DNA of 64,000 bases, taken from positions 192,001 to 256,000 of the forward strand of contig CAWBEI010000003.1 in assembly GCA_963787835.1 (NCBI GenBank). Direction: 5' to 3'. The position numbers and the translations under genes are program-made. Below are positions 39,457-48,066 of this stretch, piece after piece. The notes below the pieces were generated by a model that did not search any database, was not told the DNA's origin, and worked only from the letters and a program-made list of their open reading frames with translations. The stretch comes from Ignavibacteriota bacterium (GTDB lineage Bacteria; Bacteroidota; Ignavibacteria; Palsa-1295). Each line of letters opens with the position of its first letter. Position 1 is the first letter of the stretch.

Positions 39457-40044
39457 ATGACGATGGACTCGCGAACCGATCTCGACCTCCTAACTGCAAT
39501 TCAGGAACGCGCAGATAACAGCGCGTTGGGAGCTCTCTACGACCGTTATGGGCGAAAGGTCTATGTATTGGCCTATGGTATTTTGCGGTGCAAACCGGAC
39601 GCAGAGGACATACTGCAAGAGGTATTTGAGCGCGTTTGGAAGAAAAGCCACACCTATAATAGTACGCTTGGTAGCGTGAAAAGCTGGCTGCTCCGTATCA
39701 CACATAATCGTTCTATAAATAGGCTTAAAGCGCGTGCAATACGGGCAACCCATTCGGGCTACACTTCAGAGGGTGCGTATGGAGATTCCTTTACCGGCAG
39801 GATGCCAGAGAACATTTTAGATGCTTCCGAGATCGACATGGATTTCGACATTGGGATATTTGTTCGCAAAGCACTTGACTATTTACCCGAAGAGCAACGG
39901 CGGCTGATCGAACTGGCATTCTTCAAAGGGCTATCCCATTCGGAAATTGCTGAAACTGAGCAGATTCCGCTTGGCACCGTGAAGACTCGGATACGCAGCG
40001 GCATCGCTCGATTACGAACGGAATTAAAATTTTTAAGAACGTAG
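39457..40044 (+). CDS. ECF sigma-70 factor (RpoE/SigK-like)
   Basis: ALYDRYG, AEDILQEVF..VW, SWLLRITHNRSIN, region 4 GLSHSEIAE...PLGTVKTRIR. Confidence 0.93.
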   Translation: MTMDSRTDLDLLTAIQERADNSALGALYDRYGRKVYVLAYGILRCKPDAEDILQEVFERVWKKSHTYNSTLGSVKSWLLRITHNRSINRLKARAIRATHSGYTSEGAYGDSFTGRMPENILDASEIDMDFDIGIFVRKALDYLPEEQRRLIELAFFKGLSHSEIAETEQIPLGTVKTRIRSGIARLRTELKFLRT

Positions 40045-40149
40045 CGAACATTTGCGATAAAAATAGTAATAAGGAACAATACAAGAATCCGAGAGCATAG
40101 AGATAGCTGTAATAAAAAGAATAAGCTCTCGATCAGCGATCAGCACATA

Positions 40150-40782
40150 ATGGCGGAACAGAAACAACAGAGCAATGGAAACGGTCAAGACCCTTTAATG
40201 GGCAAAGAGCCACTAATGGGCAAAGAGCCACGCATCTCCAATGATGCGTTGCTCGGCTATCTTCAGGGCGAACTTCGGCTTCCGGACATGGAAGCGTTCG
40301 AGGCCGCCTCTGTAAATGATCCTGAACAAATGGAGTCGATTCGAGTCTATTCCGAATTGCTCGATTCCTTAACGGATCTATTGCCTGAACCTGAGATGCC
40401 TATCGGAGACGATATGCGGACGCGGATAATGTCTATTGCAGACTCCAAGCCGATCTCCCAAGTCATTCGTGCTCACCAAGGCCAGTGGATCGATTCTGGT
40501 ATGCCGGGATTTGAGTTCAAACTGCTGTATCAGGATCCGGAATCGAAGAAGAGTACGGTCCTCGCTCGTATCGCGGCAGGTGCACGAATGCCGCATCATC
40601 GCCATCAAGGCACAGAGGAATGTCTTATTATCGAAGGCAGCTTATGGACGGATGGCGTTCTGCTTGAAGCCGGAGATTTTATCGTGACGCAGGATCAAAC
40701 CGAGCATGAAGATACGTGGTCGCCTCATGGAGCGCTGGCACTTATAAAAACATATCTGGAGGATGAAATATTATCGAGTTAA
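40150..40782 (+). CDS. anti-sigma factor with ChrR-like cupin domain
   Basis: Follows the ECF gene; N-terminal LLGYLQGEL anti-sigma helix; cupin HHRHQGTEECLIIEG...GDF...H. Confidence 0.8.
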   Translation: MAEQKQQSNGNGQDPLMGKEPLMGKEPRISNDALLGYLQGELRLPDMEAFEAASVNDPEQMESIRVYSELLDSLTDLLPEPEMPIGDDMRTRIMSIADSKPISQVIRAHQGQWIDSGMPGFEFKLLYQDPESKKSTVLARIAAGARMPHHRHQGTEECLIIEGSLWTDGVLLEAGDFIVTQDQTEHEDTWSPHGALALIKTYLEDEILSS

Positions 40783-40804
40783 CCATTTTAGCTTTGTTTC
40801 TGAG

Positions 40805-40836
40805 AAAGGCCGGAGAAAACTCCGGCCTTTTGTATT
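40805..40836 (+). terminator. intrinsic terminator
   Basis: AAAGGCCGGAG-AAAA-CTCCGGCCTTT plus T-rich tail. Confidence 0.8.
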
Positions 40837-40842
40837 TTGATA

Positions 40843-40867
40843 AATCCAGTGACCCAATGTAGGTGTA
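40843..40867 (+). promoter_or_regulatory. candidate ECF promoter for the DUF4331 operon
   Basis: AATCC-N16-TGTA about 75 nt upstream of ATG 40942; resembles RpoE/SigK-type ATCC...CGTA promoters. Confidence 0.35.
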
Positions 40868-40941
40868 TTAGTCAGAGCAATCCTCTTTTTTATCGTCAGG
40901 CAAAAGAGTGGAAAGTCTTTTAACTAATCACAAACATTTCT

Positions 40942-43026
40942 ATGCGTACACTTGCTAACTCATTCCGACTGCTCTTACCCTCAGCGGCGGTGCTTGCAGT
41001 AGTTCTCTTTGCCGCTCCTCAGGCCCAGGCGTCGAGCCATCGCGAAGCGCCACTGATCTCGAACGATCCCCTTGCGGATAACACGGATCTCTATGCCTTC
41101 GTATCTCCGGACGATCCGAATATGGTCACGATCATCGCGGACTACATCCCGTTTGAAGCTCCGCAAGGCGGACCGAACTTCGCAACGTTCGGGACAAACA
41201 TTCATTATGAAGTCCACATCAAAAATAATGCGATGACGGCAGGTGATGACATCACCTACCGGTTCACATTTTCCCAAACGAATCAGGATCCGACCACTTT
41301 CTTCAATATTCGTCTCGGAAAGCAAAATCTGATGACGACGTATGATTGCGAGAAATCAACCGATGGTGGAAACACCTGGACGACGATCGTGGCAAATGGA
41401 ACGGTTCCACCGCCGAACATCGGACCGCGTTCGATCGAGGGTGCTGCTGGACTTAATACGCCTTACGCGACCTTGATGCAAAATGCCGTTGCGAACGCTT
41501 CTGGCACTGGCGGCGAGACGATCTTTTGCGGACCGATCGATGACCCATTCTTTGTCGATTTAGGTGGAATCTTCGATCTAGGCGGATTTAATAAGCATGG
41601 CAAGGACGGTCTTGCCGGTTTCAACTGCCACACGATCGCGCTCAAAATTCCTATCTCTTCGCTTCAGAAAGATGGAAAGACTGTTTCGGAGGCTGCTAAT
41701 ATCTTAGACGGTAATTTCGTGATCGGCGTGTGGGCTTCTGCTTCGCGCATGAAATTCCGCACGATCAATGGTGATGGCACATACACCGATAGCGGTTCCT
41801 ATGTGCAGGTCAGCCGTCTTGGAATGCCACTTACGAACGAAGCCATCATTCCGATCGGAATGAAAGACAAGTGGAACTCTGGAACTCCCTATACCGATGC
41901 ATCCGGTGCCTACAATGCTAATTTCGTAAACCCGGAATTAGCACTCTATGTCGGAAATGGCGCGTATAGCGCTGCCGTTCCAGGACTTGCAAATCTTCGC
42001 CTCGATACCAATTCGCTCGGCGGAGGCTTCGATTTCCGAAATGGAAAGATAGGACTTTATGGCCTCTATGGTGCTGCGGCAACAAAGGGCACTGCCCTTG
42101 ATACTGCAAGTTTCGGGAAGATCCTTCTGGAACCAAATGCTCCCCGTTCGGTCGATCTACTGCCGATCTTCTACACCGGCGTGCCGAATATCGCGCCGTA
42201 TCAACTTGCAACCGGCAAAGCAGGTAATCCACTCGCAGCAGGTAAACCGTTCATCAATAATTTCCTGCCGACGCTCGGCGATATGCTGCGATTGAACATG
42301 GCCGTTCCCGCTACACCGCGAAACAGCCCTGATTTCAGCAGCGAAGGCCTCATTCAGGCGGCTGTGCTTGGCTTGACCGATTCACGCTTCAATGTGAATG
42401 CCACACTTCAGGATATTCCCAACATGGATGGGTTCCCGAACGGGCGACGCCTGGAAGACGATGTTACGACCATCGAAATGCAAGCCGTCGGCGGCCTGGT
42501 CTTGAATGCTATCGGCCTCTGGACGGACGATTATGTGCCCGGCTCATCGAAATCGCCGGTAACTCCATACCTTCTTGGCAAATTAGGCTGGGACGCCGGC
42601 GTAACGAAAAACGATGTACCGCTCCAAGCAACGTTTCCATACGTTGCCGCACCGCATCGTGGTTCGCTCGGACTAATGACCGATACTTCCACGATCGTCA
42701 TGGGAACTGCGGATGTTCACAATATCCCAGAGTCCATTGGTATTCATGCACCGGGCGGTCAGTTCACCGGTCAGAATTATCCGAATCCTGCGACAAGCCA
42801 ATCGACAACATTCCAATTCCATATCTCCGCCGTAGCTCCGGTGAGTGTAACGATCGTCGATGTCAATGGGATGCAGGTTGCGACGGCTTTCGCGCAACAG
42901 TGCACTCCTGGCGATTACACCTCCGCGTGGCAACTCCCACAAGGGCTTGCCTCCGGTGATTATTTTGCGGTGCTCTCGGTGGATGGGGAGCAAGTTTCGA
43001 CAATGCGATTTGTCGTAAACAAATAA
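40942..43026 (+). CDS. DUF4331 family protein with T9SS type-A CTD
   Basis: AQA-SSHREAP...DNTDLYAF, DDPFFVDLG, QVSRLGMPL, GFPNGRRLEDDV, FPY; CTD QNYPNP...ASGDYF. Confidence 0.9.
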   Translation: MRTLANSFRLLLPSAAVLAVVLFAAPQAQASSHREAPLISNDPLADNTDLYAFVSPDDPNMVTIIADYIPFEAPQGGPNFATFGTNIHYEVHIKNNAMTAGDDITYRFTFSQTNQDPTTFFNIRLGKQNLMTTYDCEKSTDGGNTWTTIVANGTVPPPNIGPRSIEGAAGLNTPYATLMQNAVANASGTGGETIFCGPIDDPFFVDLGGIFDLGGFNKHGKDGLAGFNCHTIALKIPISSLQKDGKTVSEAANILDGNFVIGVWASASRMKFRTINGDGTYTDSGSYVQVSRLGMPLTNEAIIPIGMKDKWNSGTPYTDASGAYNANFVNPELALYVGNGAYSAAVPGLANLRLDTNSLGGGFDFRNGKIGLYGLYGAAATKGTALDTASFGKILLEPNAPRSVDLLPIFYTGVPNIAPYQLATGKAGNPLAAGKPFINNFLPTLGDMLRLNMAVPATPRNSPDFSSEGLIQAAVLGLTDSRFNVNATLQDIPNMDGFPNGRRLEDDVTTIEMQAVGGLVLNAIGLWTDDYVPGSSKSPVTPYLLGKLGWDAGVTKNDVPLQATFPYVAAPHRGSLGLMTDTSTIVMGTADVHNIPESIGIHAPGGQFTGQNYPNPATSQSTTFQFHISAVAPVSVTIVDVNGMQVATAFAQQCTPGDYTSAWQLPQGLASGDYFAVLSVDGEQVSTMRFVVNK

Positions 43027-43115
43027 GATCCATCCTCTATCTCGCTTGGTTGCGCGTGGCATCTCGGATGCCACGCGCACCCTTCCGAAAAAATAACCAT
43101 ATCATTTTTATTGCA

Positions 43116-44456
43116 ATGAATCGTAGATCAATGCTCTGGATCGTTCCGATCGCAGTAGTAGCAATCGCTTCCATCGTGTTCCTTGCTTGGCCTTCTAAAA
43201 AAACGGCGCTTGCTATGCCGGATCTCCTGCCCCGACCTGGAGAAACAACCCCTTCTGCGGAATTCTTGAAAAGCGAGGCGGATGTAAAAAAATACCGCAT
43301 AGAGCTTGCTGAACATCCAGATAAAAGTGAGGATTATGTTAAGCTTGCCGAGATTTATTTGCAAGAGTCGCGGGTGACGGCGAATCACCATTTCTACATT
43401 CCAGTGGCTTCCGCGCTTCTCGACGAAACGCTTCGTCGGGACACGAATAATTTCGAGGCGCTCGTCACGAACGCGGGACTTCAAATGACGCTGCATCAAT
43501 TTCAGAAGGCCGATGACATGGTCACCAGCGCTATTCGTCAAAATCCGTATAACGCCACTTCGTATGGTGTGCTCTGCGATGCGAATGTTGAGCTTGGGAA
43601 TTATCATGAAGCGGTGACCGCATGTGACAGCATGATGTCCAAGCGCCCCGATCTCCGTTCCTACGCACGAGCATCGTATTTGCGTCAGCTTATGGGAAAG
43701 GACTCCTCGGCCATTCAGGCCATGCTGCTGGCCGCCGATGCCGGTCTTTCCGGAAGCGAGAGCCGATCCTGGGCGCTCTATCAGCTTGGTAACCTTTTTA
43801 TTCAAGCTGGCAAGTTCGACACGGCCGCGTTTATTTTCAATGGGATTTTAGAAGAGCGCCCTGGTTATGCCTATGCAAAGAGCGGACTTGCAATGATCCA
43901 CCTTGCGAAGGGCGAATATACGGATGCGATCCGCGAACTTGCATCGGCCATGCAGGCATTGCCGGAACATATTTTTCTCGAACAGCTTGCCGACGTTTAT
44001 ATCGCAATGGGAGATACCGCGAATGCGCGGACGTTAGAAACCAGGGTATTCGCCGCATTCGATCAGCATGAACAGGATGGCTGGAATGTCGATCGCGAAT
44101 ACGCGCAGTTTGCCGCCGACCATAATGTGCGATTGGGCGAAGCTGTCACTCGAGCAGAACGGGAATGGAAACGCCGCCCGAATAATGCGGATGCCATTGA
44201 AACATACGCGTGGTCGCTCTTGAAAAATGGCGATGCTCAAAAAGCGGAAACCATCATGGAGTTCGGATTGAAGTCCGGGATCGTCACACCGACGATGCAC
44301 TATCATGCAGCAGTTATTTATGCGTCGTTGGGCAGAACTGCCGAGGCTCAGGAAGAATGGCGATCCGCCATCCTTCGAGTGCCGTGTGTAAAACCGGCGC
44401 TGGTGCGTGACGCGAAATCGTTCCTGACGAACAGGGAACGCCTTTCCATGAACTAA
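43116..44456 (+). CDS. membrane-anchored tetratricopeptide repeat protein
   Basis: N-terminal TM, multiple TPRs (DANVELGNYHEA, AWSLLKNG); start ATG 43116. Confidence 0.85.
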   Translation: MNRRSMLWIVPIAVVAIASIVFLAWPSKKTALAMPDLLPRPGETTPSAEFLKSEADVKKYRIELAEHPDKSEDYVKLAEIYLQESRVTANHHFYIPVASALLDETLRRDTNNFEALVTNAGLQMTLHQFQKADDMVTSAIRQNPYNATSYGVLCDANVELGNYHEAVTACDSMMSKRPDLRSYARASYLRQLMGKDSSAIQAMLLAADAGLSGSESRSWALYQLGNLFIQAGKFDTAAFIFNGILEERPGYAYAKSGLAMIHLAKGEYTDAIRELASAMQALPEHIFLEQLADVYIAMGDTANARTLETRVFAAFDQHEQDGWNVDREYAQFAADHNVRLGEAVTRAEREWKRRPNNADAIETYAWSLLKNGDAQKAETIMEFGLKSGIVTPTMHYHAAVIYASLGRTAEAQEEWRSAILRVPCVKPALVRDAKSFLTNRERLSMN

Positions 44457-44467
44457 CGCGCATACCA

Positions 44468-44962
44468 ATGCTCTCGTTGATCTTTGCACGGATGTTTTTA
44501 CTATGTGCCTTTCATGCGGTGCACATTAGTTACGGTGATTTTTCCGTCACGCAAAATTCAGTGCATGACCGATCATCCGTGCTGAGTGGTAGTTTTACGT
44601 TTTACAAAGACGATTGGGCGAAGGCAACCGAGCATTGGTTCGGTCGATCGATGACAAACGAGCCGAAGGCAGTACAGGACTGGATGGAATCCGAATATCT
44701 CAAGGGGCATGTCCGCTTTTGGTTGGATGGCTACAGCACTCCGGTTCACTTCGATCTGCGGGTAAAAGAAGATGCGGCGCAATCGATCACTTACGAGTTT
44801 ACCGCTCCAGTTTCCTCCGATCATCATGTGGTCATCATAGATTCGCGCGCGGTGCTTTCTGAATATAGCGATCAGATGAATTTGATGACCGTGAAAGTTC
44901 GCGGCAAATCGACGAACATTATTTTTACAAGCGATCATACAACCTCAATCATAAAACTTTAA
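44468..44962 (+). CDS. DUF6702-like secreted protein
   Basis: Short signal, then HAVHISY; C-terminal SDQMNLMTV; precedes HupE/UreJ. Confidence 0.6.
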   Translation: MLSLIFARMFLLCAFHAVHISYGDFSVTQNSVHDRSSVLSGSFTFYKDDWAKATEHWFGRSMTNEPKAVQDWMESEYLKGHVRFWLDGYSTPVHFDLRVKEDAAQSITYEFTAPVSSDHHVVIIDSRAVLSEYSDQMNLMTVKVRGKSTNIIFTSDHTTSIIKL

Positions 44963-44967
44963 CGATC

Positions 44968-45525
44968 ATGTTCACACAATTTATCCAGATCGGGTTCCAG
45001 CATATTCTCGAGGGGTATGATCACTTGCTTTTTCTTACGGCACTTGTGCTCGTAAGCCGCCGTTGGCAGGATCTACTAAGTGTTATTTCCGCATTCACGA
45101 TCGCACATACAACGACGATCGTGCTGTGCGTGTTCGGCGTACTCTCGCTTCCGTCCCTTCTTACAGAATCACTTATTGCGGCCTCGATCGCTTATGCAGG
45201 AATTGAAAATATGTTTCGAAAAAATTTCGATACGCGTTGGGTGATCGCCGGAGCATTCGGGCTTATTCATGGCGCGGGGTTTTCCGGGCATCTTGTCAGT
45301 GTGTTACAACCGTTGCTTGGGACGGGCCAAGTATGGGGACCGATCTTCGGTTTTACCTTTGGCATCGAAATGGGGCAGCTTGCTGTGATCACGCTCATCT
45401 ATCCCGCAGTGATGCTGGCTCGTTATTTCGGGAGAGAGCGGGTTTTTGTGCGAGCATTCTCCGCGCTTATTGCGATGGCAGGTACCGCCCTTCTAATAAT
45501 GCGGCTCTCCGGCTCTTCTTTGTGA
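44968..45525 (+). CDS. HupE/UreJ family membrane protein
   Basis: GFQHILEGYDHLLFL, AFTIAHT, ESLIAASI, FGLIHGAGF, GIEMGQL. Confidence 0.9.
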   Translation: MFTQFIQIGFQHILEGYDHLLFLTALVLVSRRWQDLLSVISAFTIAHTTTIVLCVFGVLSLPSLLTESLIAASIAYAGIENMFRKNFDTRWVIAGAFGLIHGAGFSGHLVSVLQPLLGTGQVWGPIFGFTFGIEMGQLAVITLIYPAVMLARYFGRERVFVRAFSALIAMAGTALLIMRLSGSSL

Positions 45526-45573
45526 TCGGATCGAACATCCATTCGACGCAATGGGCTGTATAACATTCGTCAC

Positions 45574-47631
45574 ATGATACGAATGTTAATCCTCCGAACC
45601 TCCTTCGCAGCTCTATTCATTTCCGCGGCTCTTTCAGGGTTATGGAATCCGGCACACGCCCAATCCAAAGTAGACACGATCCATGAAAAGGAGCAAGTAG
45701 TCACCGTCACCGCAGAGCGCCCGCTTTCTGCGGCCTCGGACAAAAGTTTCCGCGATTCTGATTTTGAGCTTCGACCACGTAACTCCGCGCAAGATATGCT
45801 CCGGCTCGTTCCGGGACTGGTGCTTGCACAGCATGCGGGCGGCGGAAAAGCGGAACAGATCTTTTTGCGCGGATTCGATGCCGATCACGGAACCGACGTG
45901 AATATCTCCGTTGACGACGTTCCAGTTAATATGCTTAGTCATGGACATGGGCAAGGTTATGCCGATCTTCATTTTATCATACCAGAAACGATCCAGGAAG
46001 TAGATGTGGTCAAAGGTCCGTATTCTCCTCGCTATGGCGATCTTGCAACGGCAGGGGTGATTGCCTTCCAAACGAAAGATTCGCTCAAATATAACGAGTT
46101 GAAACTTGAAGGTGGGTCCTTCGATGAATATCGAGCGCTCGCGCTCATCAAAGGCCCATCTTCACAAACGATCCAATCCTATTTTGGCACCGATCTATTC
46201 TATACGCGAGGACCGTTCGACGTTGCCCAGGATTTTCATCGTCTTAATCTGTTCGCAAAGACCGATGCTGCGCTCAGCGACGATGCAAAACTTTCCGCGA
46301 GTCTTTTTTCTTTTAGTTCCTCCTGGAATGCGAATGGCCAGATTCCGGAGCGCGCCGTCGCAGATGGCCTCATCGACCGTTTCGGTTCGCTCGATTCAAC
46401 AGAAGGCGGCGCAACATCACGCACCACCGCCAACATCACATACACATCAGGAGGAGAATCCCCTCTGACACTTACCGCCTCTTACACCGATTATCATTTT
46501 CGGCTGTTTAGCGATTTTACTTTTTATCTTGTTGATACCACTCAAGGAGACGAAGTGGAACAGACAGATTCACGCACCCTGCTTGCGTTTCGGGGGGAAC
46601 GAACACTTCCCTGGATCTTAGGCGACGCCATCATGAATACAAAGATCGGTGTCAGCACACGAAGCGATGATATTCAAGCTGCCATCTATCATGATTCTGC
46701 GCGCGTCCGACTCAACAATGTAGTAGATGCGGCCATTCAGGAGCGGGAAACAGGGCCATATATTCAGCAGGAGATCGGGCTTGGATGGATTCAATTCATT
46801 CTTGGGCTTCGCGCAGACTATGCAACGGTCGATGTACAGAATTTGCTAAATTCCGGCGCACAGCCAAACGGTATCAACCAGCAGATCATCCTTTCGCCGA
46901 AAGCGAATGCAAGCATTCCAATAAGCAATGACGCCACAGCATTTCTGAATTTTGGCTATGGGTTTCATTCCAACGACGCGCGTGCCATTGTGCAATCTCC
47001 GGGAATTCCGACCTTACCGCGAGCGCTTGGCAGCGAGATCGGTTTACGGTATGGCGAACCTTCGGAATTCTTTTCCTGCTCATCCTCGCTATGGTATCTT
47101 TACCTTCAAAGCGAACTTGTCTGGGACGGCGATGAAGGAACACTTATTGCACAAGGAAGTACACGTAGGGAAGGCATCGATCTCGAAGCACGCATTCGTC
47201 CAACAGAATGGCTCACGTTCGGGGGGGATGCAACGATTTCCGAGGGGCGGTTCGTCGATTCTGCAGTTGGCAATAATTACATTCCTCTTGCACCAAATTT
47301 TACGCTTACGGGAAATGCCGTCGCCAAGTGGGATGATTTTTCCGCTGCCTTGCGCTTGAGACACGTCGGCGACCGACCTGCCAATACCGACAATTCTATT
47401 GTTGCAAAGGGGTATTCGATTTTCGATCTTTCACTCACCTATCATACAGGGCCCTATGAATTGTACGCAAACGTCGAGAACGTATTCAACACAGTTTGGA
47501 ACGAGGCTCAATTCGCGACCGTAAGCCGTATTTATGTTCACGGCGTGCTTGAGGCAAATCCGGTGGATGATCTCAGCTTTACGGCTGGAACCCCAATCTC
47601 CGTAAGGACAGGAATCGCCTTTAGTTTTTGA
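45574..47631 (+). CDS. TonB-dependent receptor
   Basis: Plug QHAGGGKAEQIFLRGFDADHGTD...SHGHGQGYADL, VVKGPY; barrel strands; C-terminal F. Confidence 0.92.
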   Translation: MIRMLILRTSFAALFISAALSGLWNPAHAQSKVDTIHEKEQVVTVTAERPLSAASDKSFRDSDFELRPRNSAQDMLRLVPGLVLAQHAGGGKAEQIFLRGFDADHGTDVNISVDDVPVNMLSHGHGQGYADLHFIIPETIQEVDVVKGPYSPRYGDLATAGVIAFQTKDSLKYNELKLEGGSFDEYRALALIKGPSSQTIQSYFGTDLFYTRGPFDVAQDFHRLNLFAKTDAALSDDAKLSASLFSFSSSWNANGQIPERAVADGLIDRFGSLDSTEGGATSRTTANITYTSGGESPLTLTASYTDYHFRLFSDFTFYLVDTTQGDEVEQTDSRTLLAFRGERTLPWILGDAIMNTKIGVSTRSDDIQAAIYHDSARVRLNNVVDAAIQERETGPYIQQEIGLGWIQFILGLRADYATVDVQNLLNSGAQPNGINQQIILSPKANASIPISNDATAFLNFGYGFHSNDARAIVQSPGIPTLPRALGSEIGLRYGEPSEFFSCSSSLWYLYLQSELVWDGDEGTLIAQGSTRREGIDLEARIRPTEWLTFGGDATISEGRFVDSAVGNNYIPLAPNFTLTGNAVAKWDDFSAALRLRHVGDRPANTDNSIVAKGYSIFDLSLTYHTGPYELYANVENVFNTVWNEAQFATVSRIYVHGVLEANPVDDLSFTAGTPISVRTGIAFSF

Positions 47632-47839
47632 CGAGGTGTTGGAGAACCATTAATTAATTCTTTCCAATATGTGGTCTGCATGGGCAAATCGGTAGACCAT
47701 TTTTATCCCCACAATCCCGAGATGAGCAAAAGCATTGACTCGACAGAATTTGTTGCCACATTGTTGCCAAACAAATTAAATTAGAAAATTTTGAAAGGCA
47801 ATAAATCATTGATATTGAATGACTTACGGCGATTTTCTG

Positions 47840-47921
47840 CGGAGGACCCGGGATTCGAACTCGGAAGCCCTTGCGGGCGGCAGTTTTCAAGACTGCTGCA
47901 GTACCATTGTGCCAGTCCTCC
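47840..47921 (-). tRNA. tRNA-Ser(TGA)
   Basis: Reverse complement: acceptor GGAGGAC/GTCCTCC-G, anticodon arm GCAGT-CT TGA AA-ACTGC, variable arm GCCC-GCAA-GGGC, T-loop TTCGAAT; one A-C mismatch in the T-stem. Confidence 0.93.
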
Positions 47922-48021
47922 ATTCTGCGGGTCGGTAACGCCTAAGCCGGCGTGGGAGTGCCAAACGGCAAGTGTAATTGAGGAGTTTGGAATCAAAGCG
48001 GGCAAAATTTCGATAAAAGAG

Positions 48022-48029
48022 TATCTTTG
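48022..48029 (+). promoter_or_regulatory. Bacteroidota-type -7 promoter element TAnnTTTG upstream of pckA
   Basis: TATCTTTG 37 nt before the ATG; same motif upstream of icd (63361), 20017 and 22583. Confidence 0.55.
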
Positions 48030-48066
48030 TAGCTACAACGGGCCTTGTGCCCCTTAATTTTACATT

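Larger units (their letters stand above)
39307..47860. mobile_element. integrase-less genomic island inserted at the tRNA-Ser(TGA) 3' end
   Basis: Direct repeat GCGGAGGACC[T/C]GGGATTCGAAC at 39307-39328 and 47839-47860 (21/22); IHF-consensus sites next to both copies; no integrase ORF inside. Confidence 0.8.

Noticed and set aside
39123-39518. 131-aa ORF upstream of the ECF sigma
   Set aside because: Runs through the att repeat and IHF-like site, with no recognisable protein features
19-47921. Two inward-facing tRNA-Ser genes as ends of one 48 kb element
   Set aside because: Different isoacceptors in inverted orientation, and the interval holds core genes (LptF/G, ptsI, ptsH)
47840-47921. 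Selenocysteine or opal-suppressor tRNA
   Set aside because: The anticodon is TGA (reads UCA, Ser), not TCA; ordinary 7-bp acceptor stem
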